Source: a virus. From it: DNA of 64,000 nt. The stretch's first letter is position 1, and the number at the start of each line of letters is the position of its first letter. Under the pieces are notes generated by a model. The model made no database searches. It saw nothing but the letters and a program-made list of their open reading frames with translations, and had not been told where the DNA came from. Below are positions 1 through 9,660 of this stretch, in pieces. Both the position numbers and the translations under genes were made by a program. The stretch is from positions 16,917-80,916 of IMG/VR virus record IMGVR_UViG_3300025070_000024. One strand, written 5' to 3'.

Positions 1-60
1 TTTAATAAAGCGACTGATTTCAGCTGCAATAGTTGCAGGAGTTTGTTTTTTCTTTCTCAT
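1..60 (-). CDS. 5' part of next virion/cargo gene (partial, runs off window)
   Basis: ATG at 60 overlaps the TGA of the upstream gene (ATGA coupling); open frame MRKKKQTPATIAAEISRFIK to the edge. Confidence 0.6.
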   Translation of the reverse strand, partial: MRKKKQTPATIAAEISRFIK

Positions 61-3000
61 GAGATCATTTTCAAGAATTCGGACGCATCAATCTTCATGT
101 CTGTAGCATCGCTAAATACATATGGACTTTCAACTGGCTGACCTGTAATAGGATCAATATAACTTTCAGTAGCACCTTGTGTCAAAACACCTCCGCTTTC
201 ATGCTTCGGGCCTTGAACTTGATACATATTAGATGCTACCTGTTTGTAGTTGCCATTATTAGTAGCCATAGGAGGGTCTTGAGGACTTGCCATCATCATC
301 TCCCCACCTTCAGTTTCATATTGCGGTGCATTCATAGCACCCCCATAGTTAGCAACAGTGTTGTACCCTGCTCCCCGCTCGTTCATTACTGAATTTACTT
401 GCTGAGAATAGTCTGCCAAAGCTCCTCTAACTGCCTCACCTGTTTGCAGATTAGCAGCATTGTCTGCTTCATTTGCAAGACGACGATCCCGACGCTGCTT
501 TACCAACCCTGCGATACCTGCTATTGCCGCAATAGGAGCTGCCCCAGGTATACCTAGCATTAAAGCTCCTGCGCCACCCTTAAGTGCGTTGCCTGCAAAA
601 GTTCCAAAGCCGTCATCTCCACTAGTCATAGTGTCAGCAGCCTTTCCAACTATTTGATTTACTCCAGCTGAAGCAAGATTCTTCAAGCCACCTGCCATTT
701 TTGTGAAATCTGCTATTCCCGTGCCTCCAGGATTCAGTAATTGATTGACGAGCTGAGCACGTCCCTCTTGACCTGCTGCTCCTTTTACATTATCAAGCAT
801 AGAATTTAATCCTCCTGATTGTTGCATCTGATTAAAAATGCCTTCCAAATTTTGAGGGTTCATCGGTGCATTAGAGTTGCCTCCAGGAACTGGAGTAAAC
901 TCAGGAATATTTAGTGCAGGCATAGAAGCATTCATAGAGTTACTAGCTTGATCAGCCATAGAACCCTGAGATCCAAAAGGAGTGCTATTTCCTGCGCTTT
1001 GAGCTTGATCTAAAACTGGCTGCAACAAATCCTGAGAGTAGTTAGCAGTATTGCCTTGAGGATAGCTCAACATTCTGGCATTCATACTTTGCTCTGGCAG
1101 AGGCTGATTGTACTCAGGATTACGAGGGCCAGCTGTATTTTGATTATTTATTGGACCACCAGGATATTGCCCAGTATCATTCATACTGAACAGAGGGAAT
1201 GTGCTAGTGTCTTGATCTTGGAAAGGAAACCCAAAAACACCATTACCTTGAGGATCTCCAGCAGTAGGTTGTGCAGGTCGATTTTGAGCATGGTACGCCA
1301 TGAGCTGCTGCTCATTACTCAACGTTGGGTTATTCATAATGAAGTCCATAGGCAAGTTCATCGCCCGTGGCTGCAAAATATGTTGCTTCAGTCCTTGACC
1401 TAAAGACATACCTGTAGGCACAGCTAAAGTTGTATCACCAAACTGCCCGTAATGCTCTGTAAGCTCTCCTACGTTAGCCGAGGTATCTTGGCTCCCTAAC
1501 ATGCCTAACAGCTCTGACACAGGACTGCCATAATTTGCTTTTGGAGGCGCAACTCGTGGTTTGGTCATCGTACCTCCGAAAAACCCTGTAGGTAGGTTTA
1601 GGTGTTTTTGAAGTGATGGTGGGATATCTAGCTTAGGAGGCGTAACTGGTGATACTGGTGGTTGGGTTTGAAACCTAAGCAACCCATCATTAGTTTTTAA
1701 TCTCATAACACCTTCCATTGCACGTTTACCGGTTAATTTATCTGGATACCCCATACCTCGAACTCCTAAACCAGATCGAACTTCATCCATATACTCTACA
1801 GGGTTTGTATATGCTCCAGCTTGGTTCTGTCCCGGGAATGGACGAATGGGACCATACCGAACTTGTAATTGCTGCAAGTTCTTTGGACTAGAAGCCGAAA
1901 GCTGTGGGACGTTTTCTAAATCGTAGAAATCAAATTGTCCCGTGTTTTTATTATAGTTGATATTCCCTCTGATATTGTCTAAGTCCAGACCGATACCTCT
2001 GTCCCGAAGCTGTCTTACTTGTTTCAGAGCTGATGCATAAGCATCTCTTGTCGGGAGTTCAGGTGCTCCTGGAACTGCTTCTTGTTTTTGCAAGTTCCTC
2101 ATTATAGTTAAGTCATTCTGACTACGTAGTGGAGCTGCTACATTTGGCATATCATCAGCAATCTCGCTAGTCCTGGCTATGAAATCATCAGTTGTTCCAG
2201 AATACCTGCTAGTCGGCAAGACAGCATTAGGATTGCTAAATTCTTGGTGAGGAAATTTTATTGCATAAGGACTATTCTTGAACTCATGTACAGTTCCAAA
2301 ACCTCCCGATCCTAACTGTTCACCAAAGGGTGTTTTAGCATAAAGCTCCGCATCCAATCTATCCGCATGCCCCCAATTAAGACTATTGTTTCTACTAACG
2401 CCTTCCGCAAGTTGATTGAATCCTGCCTCTGGATTCAAGTCCATTCTCATTGGATCAATAGGTTTATTGTAACCGAATAAAAAATGAGGCTTGTCTCCAA
2501 CATTTCTAAATCCCATAGGATTTTTCAGTGCAGGGTTTGCCTTATACAGATTTTTTACTCCAGTAACGCCTGCTTGCTTTAGAGCTTGTCTTGTTCCTGC
2601 TCCTGTTATACTTATTCCAGGTATTGCTCCAAGCGCATTTAATCCTGCACCAATAAAATTACCTTGACTTGCATCCCTTAAAGCATTCTTCCCATAGTTT
2701 ACCCAAGCAGCAGGGTTGACTAAATCATTTGCCACCTGCCCAGCTATAGTACCTTTTCCTTTGGCCTGATCGAACTCTACTTGAGAAGGCATTCCTTCTA
2801 CGCTTGGGTCGAGGATTGTTCTAGCAGTGGTGATTGGGTTAGCTGCCATCTCTAAAAGAGACGGATTGTCCTCTATGATATTGCCGTCTTCATCTACCTC
2901 AAAATCCCCTTGGGATATACGAGGCATTGCATTTAATTGAGACAGTGCATCTGAAGCAGCTAAATTTTGCTGCAGTGCATCTAGACCTCCCGCTCTTTCA

Positions 3001-3212
3001 ATCTGTTGAGCGATTAGTGGGTTGTACCCAGAATTGGTATCAGAAGTAGCTGTTAACGGCTTTAGTGGGTCTGTTTCACCACCAAGTTCATATGTGTAAT
3101 TTTTAGGACGCGGTTTTGCCTTAGAGCGATTTTTGCTCTTAGACTTTAAACCCAACACTACTTCAGCGAGGTTCCTTTTCTCACACCTATGACCGTTAAA
3201 CTTTTTGCTCAT
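57..3212 (-). CDS. Large virion cargo/ejection-like protein with internal protein-kinase-like domain
   Basis: 1051 aa, downstream of tail genes; C-terminal ETEGGE...GPKHESGG motif resembling crAss-like cargo proteins; Gly/Ala hydrophobic segments; internal LGSGGFGTV / YAIK / D-x5-N / DFYD kinase-like motifs. Confidence 0.65.
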   Translation of the reverse strand: MSKKFNGHRCEKRNLAEVVLGLKSKSKNRSKAKPRPKNYTYELGGETDPLKPLTATSDTNSGYNPLIAQQIERAGGLDALQQNLAASDALSQLNAMPRISQGDFEVDEDGNIIEDNPSLLEMAANPITTARTILDPSVEGMPSQVEFDQAKGKGTIAGQVANDLVNPAAWVNYGKNALRDASQGNFIGAGLNALGAIPGISITGAGTRQALKQAGVTGVKNLYKANPALKNPMGFRNVGDKPHFLFGYNKPIDPMRMDLNPEAGFNQLAEGVSRNNSLNWGHADRLDAELYAKTPFGEQLGSGGFGTVHEFKNSPYAIKFPHQEFSNPNAVLPTSRYSGTTDDFIARTSEIADDMPNVAAPLRSQNDLTIMRNLQKQEAVPGAPELPTRDAYASALKQVRQLRDRGIGLDLDNIRGNINYNKNTGQFDFYDLENVPQLSASSPKNLQQLQVRYGPIRPFPGQNQAGAYTNPVEYMDEVRSGLGVRGMGYPDKLTGKRAMEGVMRLKTNDGLLRFQTQPPVSPVTPPKLDIPPSLQKHLNLPTGFFGGTMTKPRVAPPKANYGSPVSELLGMLGSQDTSANVGELTEHYGQFGDTTLAVPTGMSLGQGLKQHILQPRAMNLPMDFIMNNPTLSNEQQLMAYHAQNRPAQPTAGDPQGNGVFGFPFQDQDTSTFPLFSMNDTGQYPGGPINNQNTAGPRNPEYNQPLPEQSMNARMLSYPQGNTANYSQDLLQPVLDQAQSAGNSTPFGSQGSMADQASNSMNASMPALNIPEFTPVPGGNSNAPMNPQNLEGIFNQMQQSGGLNSMLDNVKGAAGQEGRAQLVNQLLNPGGTGIADFTKMAGGLKNLASAGVNQIVGKAADTMTSGDDGFGTFAGNALKGGAGALMLGIPGAAPIAAIAGIAGLVKQRRDRRLANEADNAANLQTGEAVRGALADYSQQVNSVMNERGAGYNTVANYGGAMNAPQYETEGGEMMMASPQDPPMATNNGNYKQVASNMYQVQGPKHESGGVLTQGATESYIDPITGQPVESPYVFSDATDMKIDASEFLKMIS

Positions 3213-3340
3213 CCACTGCAGCTTTCACAATCCTCAGGACTGTCGGTATTACATGTAAGTTCACCACTCTTCAGTTTGTCAGCTGTATCCTTTAATTTCT
3301 TAGGATCCAGAAAAGTCGCTTCTTTCCATTCTTCTTCCAT
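3209..3340 (-). CDS. 43-aa acidic peptide ending CNTDSPEDCESCSG (RNR alpha C-terminal tail-like)
   Basis: Read manually: ATG 3340 to TGA 3209; start and stop overlap both neighbouring genes. Confidence 0.7.
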   Translation of the reverse strand: MEEEWKEATFLDPKKLKDTADKLKSGELTCNTDSPEDCESCSG

Positions 3341-3534
3341 TACTTCTTCTTTTTACGGGGTTTCACCACAGCCTTCTTAGGCATTTTGCTAGTACTAGTC
3401 TTACCACCGTATCCATATTGAGTCATTACTGAGCTAGGAGTTTTACCTCCGCGTCTCATAGAGCCAAGCATTTTCATAACGACATTTTTTGGGATTCCCC
3501 TTTTCATAAGGGTTTCAGCTTTTTTGTTTTTCAT
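3340..3534 (-). CDS. Small Lys-rich protein with MRRGG/YGYGG motifs
   Basis: Likely ATG at 3534 within track ORF 3340..3636; very basic. Confidence 0.65.
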   Translation of the reverse strand: MKNKKAETLMKRGIPKNVVMKMLGSMRRGGKTPSSVMTQYGYGGKTSTSKMPKKAVVKPRKKKK

Positions 3535-3538
3535 GGTA

Positions 3539-3844
3539 TTAACATTTCCAACGTCTACGTGCTTGACGTATACGTGAGTTAGGGTTGTTACGAGTTTTTG
3601 CACTGCTACGTTTGAGTTGTCCCAAAGAGCGAGCACAATATGATTTACGACGTCCTGCAGCCTTACTACCTTTTTTCACTTTTCCAGTTACAGCAGTTTT
3701 TAATTTACTTCCTGGATTTGCTTTACGATATGCCCGGACACCTTTTTTGGTCATCCCTGCACCAGATTTAGTAGGTCTGTAGTTCGCAGATTTTCCTTTC
3801 GTTGTTTTACGAATAGGAGTAGACTTTTTTCGTTTAGCAGGCAT
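3539..3844 (-). CDS. Small highly basic phage protein
   Basis: 101 aa Lys/Arg rich; RRKSYCARS...NSRIRQARRRWKC motif recalled from marine phage proteins. Confidence 0.75.
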   Translation of the reverse strand: MPAKRKKSTPIRKTTKGKSANYRPTKSGAGMTKKGVRAYRKANPGSKLKTAVTGKVKKGSKAAGRRKSYCARSLGQLKRSSAKTRNNPNSRIRQARRRWKC

Positions 3845-4017
3845 TACTTCTTCTTCTTTTTACGACGAGTAGTTTTCTTCGCCGTTTTTTTAGAATCCTT
3901 AAAAGCTTTAGAAGTGGGAGCACCTTTAGCTCCTTTTTTGCGCATAGTCTCACCAGACCCTGCCTTAATACGTTTACGCTTAGCGTGAATGTTTGCGTAC
4001 AATCCTTTACGTGCCAT
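3844..4017 (-). CDS. Small highly basic phage protein (MARKGLYANIHAKRKRIKAGSGE...)
   Basis: Read manually, 57 aa; stop overlaps next ATG; N-terminal motif recalled from marine podophage proteins. Confidence 0.75.
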   Translation of the reverse strand: MARKGLYANIHAKRKRIKAGSGETMRKKGAKGAPTSKAFKDSKKTAKKTTRRKKKKK

Positions 4018-4019
4018 AG

Positions 4020-4226
4020 TTATTTGTCCATTTGATTACGAGCTAAGAGCAGTTTTATTTCTGCTAAGTCGTCGACTACTTGCTCTAGCTTCTTATCTAC
4101 CTTTTCATTGTTATTCTCTAGAGAATATTGCTGTGCTTTTATAGTCATTACTTCACTATGAAGTTTGACATAAATGCCTACCATACCTATGGCAAGTCCT
4201 ATTATTTCATAATCAGTCAAACTCAT
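4020..4226 (-). CDS. Small membrane protein (TM + coiled coil; holin-like)
   Basis: N-terminal hydrophobic helix followed by heptad-like segment. Confidence 0.55.
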   Translation of the reverse strand: MSLTDYEIIGLAIGMVGIYVKLHSEVMTIKAQQYSLENNNEKVDKKLEQVVDDLAEIKLLLARNQMDK

Positions 4227-4256
4227 TGTTGTTGAATATCTATTTTCATGACTACC

Positions 4257-7200
4257 TCACCCCCTAGCAGTAGGTCTAACTTTCGCAGATATATCATACA
4301 AATATAATCCAATACCATCTTGACCGCTATCGCTACTTTTTATATACAATCGAATTACAGCATAGTCAGATTGTATACGCCTTTGCTCATACCACTCCAA
4401 TGTGCTACTAATATTAGTAGTAATCAGCTCCAAGTCTTCAGTCAAAAAAGGAAGAGATCTATCAGCAACAAGATCCCTAAAGCCATTAAAGTGCCAGCGT
4501 TCATGAGTGTGCCGCAAATTGTGTCCTGTAGTAAGACCTTCAGGAACAACTAAGTCGATAAACCCGCTGCAGTGCGTATCTGTATACACCAACGCTTTAG
4601 TGAAGGTATTTTCATAGTGAGTAAATCGCTCTTCTGGAAAAGACACAACACGAGTGTCCCAGTTAAAGCTGCTAAATACTCCTGATTGCCCTATCGGTGA
4701 TGGAGCATCAATTGTAGACTCATGCACTACCCCGTGAAACTTTCCAAAGGTGCCTGCTTGATTGTGAAACTTAGCAGAACGCACTTGTGGAGATAGAGTA
4801 CCATCGATATTAATATTTCGAACGCGCAGAGCATACACAGTATTCAGACCTTCTAACAAAGCTGTACTGTCATAGGTATGTCTACTAACCCACGCTTGGT
4901 TCAAGTAGCTGTAACTAATGAATTCATCTTTAGATTCAATACCTGCATTCTCATTGTACTCATCTTGAGTGTCGATTAGATAGCCTGCACTAAAATCTCC
5001 TGTGTAATCTGCGTTTCTGATTAAGAGTATAACTCTATCGTACCGAGAATCATACGTAGCATGAAGGCCTGGGAAGAATTTGAAAGTATTAGAGGAAGAG
5101 AAAGTTGTATCTAGTTTCAGTTTTTCCTGAAACCAATCTTTCATTCCAGACCTACTAATTTCTTTCAGGTCTGTTCCTGCTAAAGAAAAAACTTTGCGTT
5201 GGTCTGCGTCAACAAAGAAATACCCATGAGGCGTTAAAACACAAGATAGCAGATGTTGTGTGCCTGCATAGCCTTTATCGCTGGGTCGTATCTCTACAGG
5301 TTTTGTAGCCAATATGTCTGATTGACCTAAAGCTAGCTCTCCTGCTGTAGTCGATATCTTCTCCTGACCTTGAGTCATAAATAACCCCCGCTCATGGTGA
5401 ATAATAAGACGATCACCATAACCTTGAAGATTTTCAATCTCGCCACGGTCACGCTGCATATCAAAAAACTCTATGGGCTTAAACGCGATAACGTTTGTAG
5501 ATACTCCTAAAGACCCAATTTCACTACTGCGGACAATCCGATGGGGAAAATTATTTACGAATGTTTGCCCACTGCTAAAGATTCCTACAGGCTGATATAC
5601 ATTTTCTGCATACAACCGTGACGGGTAATCATATAGTTGATCATTACCAGGGCTAGCAGCTCTAAAAACATATTCGTTAGCTGATAGATTGACAGGATTG
5701 TCTAACTCATAGTTCAGATACTCGAACTTAGTGCGACCCTGAACCCTGTAATTGTATACTTGCGAAAGAATACCACGAGTAGAGTCTACGGTTGTGACTC
5801 GATTAGTACTTAGTAAATCAACAAGTTGCGTGGCATTGTTTCCGTTCGCTACAGCATCAACACCTACAGGAGCTGTTAGCCTATGCTTATAGAAACTCCT
5901 TACAATATCCCCAGCAACAAATGTGGTATCTATGCTACCTACATTAACAGATTCCCCATCAATTTGACCCAGCTCTGCAGAAGCTAATTTAGTGTAGGGA
6001 ATCACTCCTGTACACGCTACTAAATCTTGTGCAGCATAATTTTGGTAACAGGTAAATAGATGCTGTTTCAGATTTGTAATCCATATCGGATTCGAAGCCT
6101 GCGCTCCTGTATGTCCTGCAGTTAAGTTGCTGTTGATTCTAAAACCTGTGCCTGGATTCGAGGTGTTCCCTAAGTGCGTACCACTGGTGCTTTTTAAAAA
6201 GTCTTTCCAGTCTGTACTGCTTGTCGAATTCGCATATTCAATGTTAAACCCTATACAAGTCTCACAAAACCTATTGTCAATTTCTAACTCATCATCGATA
6301 GCGTTCGTTTCAACGTATCGGACAGTGCTGACCTTTCTGATTCGTACATTATTAGTAAGACTTACCTGCCTTCCATTCTCAGGAAAGAAAGCTTTGCCTC
6401 CTACCGTAAGGGCATTTGGAGCATTAAGTATATCTGAGTCACCCCAGTAACCATTGTCTGAATTATTAGTTACAAGACCATCTCCTATAAGCCCTACTTC
6501 ACCAGTAGAACTTAAACCATAATCAATCCTATAATCGATGTTTTCAATGTAAGCCGTTTCAGGAAGATTTACTCTAGACCGCAATGCCTCAAAGCAGTAC
6601 ATCCTACCCGTGGTTTCCTTTATCCCCGCAAACCAAGCATCATTATTAAGCTGGTCTGTCGCACTAGATATCGTGTCTATGTCAGAAACTTCTTGAGAAT
6701 TGTACTGAGGCAAGTTCATACCATGAGAACTTGTATAGTCATGGTAATCAGTTACAGTTTCAGCAATGTTAGAGTAGTGATTGTAGCTGCCATGAATCAA
6801 AATACTCTGTCCAATATGCAGACTATTGGTCAAATCTCTTTTAGCATGAAACATTCGTACACCTACGTACCCCGCAGGCATAGGAACATTTGCAAACCGT
6901 ATCCGCACTAAATCTGTAGCATCGCCCAGTATTGGGATTTTGTGATGACGAACTGGCTCACTAGCAAGAGTGTAGTCTGTAATACTGCCGGAGTTATCAG
7001 AAGTATCTTCTACGGTCCATTGCTGAACAGGGAAGTTTGAAGGATACGTTTCTGCAGAGTTTTCCCAGTAACCGCAAACACCTACGCCACTTGTCACACC
7101 AGTAGGAGTGTAAGCACTTGCATCTCCAAAGTACTCATGGGTATTCCGGGTATGGAAATACTTCATACCACTAACAGCTATATCGTTATCGTCTTCGAGA

Positions 7201-8408
7201 TAACTCAGACTAGAGTTTGCTGCTATCAACGATGCATCTGTAGATCGTATAGTGCCAGAAGCTCCTGTTTCTACAGCAGTAAGATGAGGCTGTCCTATTG
7301 ACCTTGGTGGAGACCCAGGAATATGGAAGGCTGGAGTTAGCGAACCGTCCTCACGCACATAGCTAACATAAAAAGCGTATACCTCTCCAGGTTGAAAGGC
7401 AAGTCCTCCAAAATTTAAGTCTTGTTCCTTGTCATTGCCATTGAAGCCTACTGTAGATACACCGTCTTCTGTGTGACCTCCATAGTATGTTTGATACAAT
7501 ACCTGAATACGATTGGCGTACTGCTGAAGATCAGTAACATCTGCAGTTGCAACATTGCCCATGTACAACCGATTTCCTTGTAGAGTCAAGGTTTTAGCTT
7601 GGCTGTAAACAATGTTCTGAACTAGGATTTCATCTAAAGAAATATCTTTTTGTAAGATGCCAGTCAGAGTAATAGTAGTTTCATTACCCTCATAAGGAAA
7701 GAAACCGGTAATGCCTGTGCTGACAGAATCATCATATACCGAAACAAAAGCTGCTGCTATGTAAGAATAATCAGAGTCTAAGTTGCTTAGCTTCAAAGAA
7801 ATAGTTTTCCCAGAATCATAGACGACATATGGTCCATTTAGATTATTGAACTCTAGGTAACTCTGGTCTTCGTAGGCATAAGCAATCGCGATATAGTGAG
7901 TACCAGAATTAAAAAATCCTTGACCGCCTAAAGAGACTTGGTTCTGTTCTATGTAAACAGGGTCGTGCGTAGGGCTGACCAAACTAGGTACAGCAGTGGT
8001 GTCTACATTTAGGTATTTCGGAGGAGAAACATCGTCCGTAAGAATAACAAAAGTTTGCCCAGAAGTAGTTTTAAAAGAGACTGCATCAATAACTGCATCA
8101 TCTGAAAATCCAAACACTCCGCTAGACAAAATTGTAGTCAGCGTCCCAACAACTTTTACTACGTAGTTTGTCGTACTGTCTGGGCGTTTGCAAAAAAGAA
8201 TGATTCCATCGTCAACTAGCCCACAGCCACCTAAGATGTAAAACTTAGGAGCACTATCGTCTGTAACACTTGAGTCATTTGTGAACCCGGCTTCTTGTAG
8301 AAGAGAGTCCATGTGCTCTCCATAAACAAAGTTTACTGCGTCTATGTAGAGACCCTCTGATACTTTGCTAGGATGTACATCCCGCATCATTCCTTTTAGT
8401 GGTCTCAT
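4257..8408 (-). CDS. Tail stabilisation / muzzle (nozzle)-like protein
   Basis: 1383 aa, MRPLKGMMRD start, beta-rich; crAss-like synteny after ring protein and IHF-like gene. Confidence 0.7.
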   Translation of the reverse strand: MRPLKGMMRDVHPSKVSEGLYIDAVNFVYGEHMDSLLQEAGFTNDSSVTDDSAPKFYILGGCGLVDDGIILFCKRPDSTTNYVVKVVGTLTTILSSGVFGFSDDAVIDAVSFKTTSGQTFVILTDDVSPPKYLNVDTTAVPSLVSPTHDPVYIEQNQVSLGGQGFFNSGTHYIAIAYAYEDQSYLEFNNLNGPYVVYDSGKTISLKLSNLDSDYSYIAAAFVSVYDDSVSTGITGFFPYEGNETTITLTGILQKDISLDEILVQNIVYSQAKTLTLQGNRLYMGNVATADVTDLQQYANRIQVLYQTYYGGHTEDGVSTVGFNGNDKEQDLNFGGLAFQPGEVYAFYVSYVREDGSLTPAFHIPGSPPRSIGQPHLTAVETGASGTIRSTDASLIAANSSLSYLEDDNDIAVSGMKYFHTRNTHEYFGDASAYTPTGVTSGVGVCGYWENSAETYPSNFPVQQWTVEDTSDNSGSITDYTLASEPVRHHKIPILGDATDLVRIRFANVPMPAGYVGVRMFHAKRDLTNSLHIGQSILIHGSYNHYSNIAETVTDYHDYTSSHGMNLPQYNSQEVSDIDTISSATDQLNNDAWFAGIKETTGRMYCFEALRSRVNLPETAYIENIDYRIDYGLSSTGEVGLIGDGLVTNNSDNGYWGDSDILNAPNALTVGGKAFFPENGRQVSLTNNVRIRKVSTVRYVETNAIDDELEIDNRFCETCIGFNIEYANSTSSTDWKDFLKSTSGTHLGNTSNPGTGFRINSNLTAGHTGAQASNPIWITNLKQHLFTCYQNYAAQDLVACTGVIPYTKLASAELGQIDGESVNVGSIDTTFVAGDIVRSFYKHRLTAPVGVDAVANGNNATQLVDLLSTNRVTTVDSTRGILSQVYNYRVQGRTKFEYLNYELDNPVNLSANEYVFRAASPGNDQLYDYPSRLYAENVYQPVGIFSSGQTFVNNFPHRIVRSSEIGSLGVSTNVIAFKPIEFFDMQRDRGEIENLQGYGDRLIIHHERGLFMTQGQEKISTTAGELALGQSDILATKPVEIRPSDKGYAGTQHLLSCVLTPHGYFFVDADQRKVFSLAGTDLKEISRSGMKDWFQEKLKLDTTFSSSNTFKFFPGLHATYDSRYDRVILLIRNADYTGDFSAGYLIDTQDEYNENAGIESKDEFISYSYLNQAWVSRHTYDSTALLEGLNTVYALRVRNINIDGTLSPQVRSAKFHNQAGTFGKFHGVVHESTIDAPSPIGQSGVFSSFNWDTRVVSFPEERFTHYENTFTKALVYTDTHCSGFIDLVVPEGLTTGHNLRHTHERWHFNGFRDLVADRSLPFLTEDLELITTNISSTLEWYEQRRIQSDYAVIRLYIKSSDSGQDGIGLYLYDISAKVRPTARG

Positions 8409-9205
8409 CGCATTAGACGTTCTTGAGTGTTATTCCCAATAAAGAAATCGGAGTGGGCATTCAGGTTTGGAACCATGCGCACCCACATATTTTTGAAGCT
8501 TTCCATCTTGTCGATACTCGGATATGCTGCATCGTTCTGAGCTTTCAGGCAGTACTCCCCCCACTTCTGATCCGCTGTCTGCCAATTGAACACAGGATGT
8601 GTGTACCCTCCCATTATCATCTGCCTTAGTATGTACCATTCAAGAGCTTGTTTGTAGTAAATGTTGTCAGGTACTTTAGGGTACCCATCATCACATACTG
8701 GATAGGCTGTAAAGTGAATCTTTATATTTCCTTCTTCGAAAGAAGTCTGAATATAATCAGGGTTAATCACATAATAGTCACCACCTCCATAGCTAGACGC
8801 TTTTATTGTTTTCTGCTGCTTGTATGTATTGTTGCCTAGGGGGTGTTCATTTGCTTGAGTTTGGAATACCGCACCTGTAGTAATTTCAGAGGGCGTGTAT
8901 GGCTGAGGATTTGTAGTGCGTTCAGCATTGGGCAGGTCATATCCTGTAACATCAGACCCGTAATGCAGATGGCTCCCGTTATATTCTACCTGGATAATGT
9001 CTACTAGTTCACAAGGCAGGGGAGAGCGGTGGTTGGAAATAGATACCGTACTTGCTTTCTTTTCTAATCCAGCAGAATACCCAATGTATTCTAAGCCCTC
9101 ACCTATCCACTCAACAGCGTCAATAACCCAATTGTCCGTAGTAGGTTTTAAGTCCCGGAATACTTTGGCAATGACTGCCTTCGACGATACGGTTTTGTAA
9201 ATCAT
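8405..9205 (-). CDS. Tail tubular/ring protein
   Basis: 266 aa; WIGEGLEYIG and GYPKVPDNIYYKQALEWY motifs; synteny. Confidence 0.65.
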   Translation of the reverse strand: MIYKTVSSKAVIAKVFRDLKPTTDNWVIDAVEWIGEGLEYIGYSAGLEKKASTVSISNHRSPLPCELVDIIQVEYNGSHLHYGSDVTGYDLPNAERTTNPQPYTPSEITTGAVFQTQANEHPLGNNTYKQQKTIKASSYGGGDYYVINPDYIQTSFEEGNIKIHFTAYPVCDDGYPKVPDNIYYKQALEWYILRQMIMGGYTHPVFNWQTADQKWGEYCLKAQNDAAYPSIDKMESFKNMWVRMVPNLNAHSDFFIGNNTQERLMR

Positions 9206-9660
9206 TTTTTAAAATTCAAGTATGCAAACTCATCTTCTCGTAGTTTTTTAACCAATGCTTTTTTATTTCCTGCAGCCCCTGCCGTAGGAGAAAACGTGTA
9301 TACACTCTTGTTCTTTACCATACATCTGTGCTTGTCCCAATTCCATCTGAAGTAGTAATCATCCGTGTAGTAGATAAGCTTGTTTATCCCTTCTTTCTTC
9401 AGCTTGTTAGTTTCATGCCAATCAATTGTGGGCTTATTAAATGACCTAGGAATACGCTTTATGCGGATCGTACCTAATCTATGCCCCATATTAAATACCC
9501 TGCCATCTAAAATAACTTTAGAAAGTTTCTTGTTAAACTCCGAAATGATATGCTTGTACAAAGCATAAGTAACGGGTGTTGTAGGGTTGTTCTTACAATA
9601 AGACTTGTAGGAATCCTTAGTGCTATATCTACTCTCGCAGCTGTACTTCGTCGTTGTCAT
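9202..9660 (-). CDS. IHF/HU-like DNA-binding protein (crAss type)
   Basis: Basic; ILDGRVFNMGHRLGTIRI HU-like arm; IDWHET motif; position within tail genes. Confidence 0.6.
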   Translation of the reverse strand: MTTTKYSCESRYSTKDSYKSYCKNNPTTPVTYALYKHIISEFNKKLSKVILDGRVFNMGHRLGTIRIKRIPRSFNKPTIDWHETNKLKKEGINKLIYYTDDYYFRWNWDKHRCMVKNKSVYTFSPTAGAAGNKKALVKKLREDEFAYLNFKK

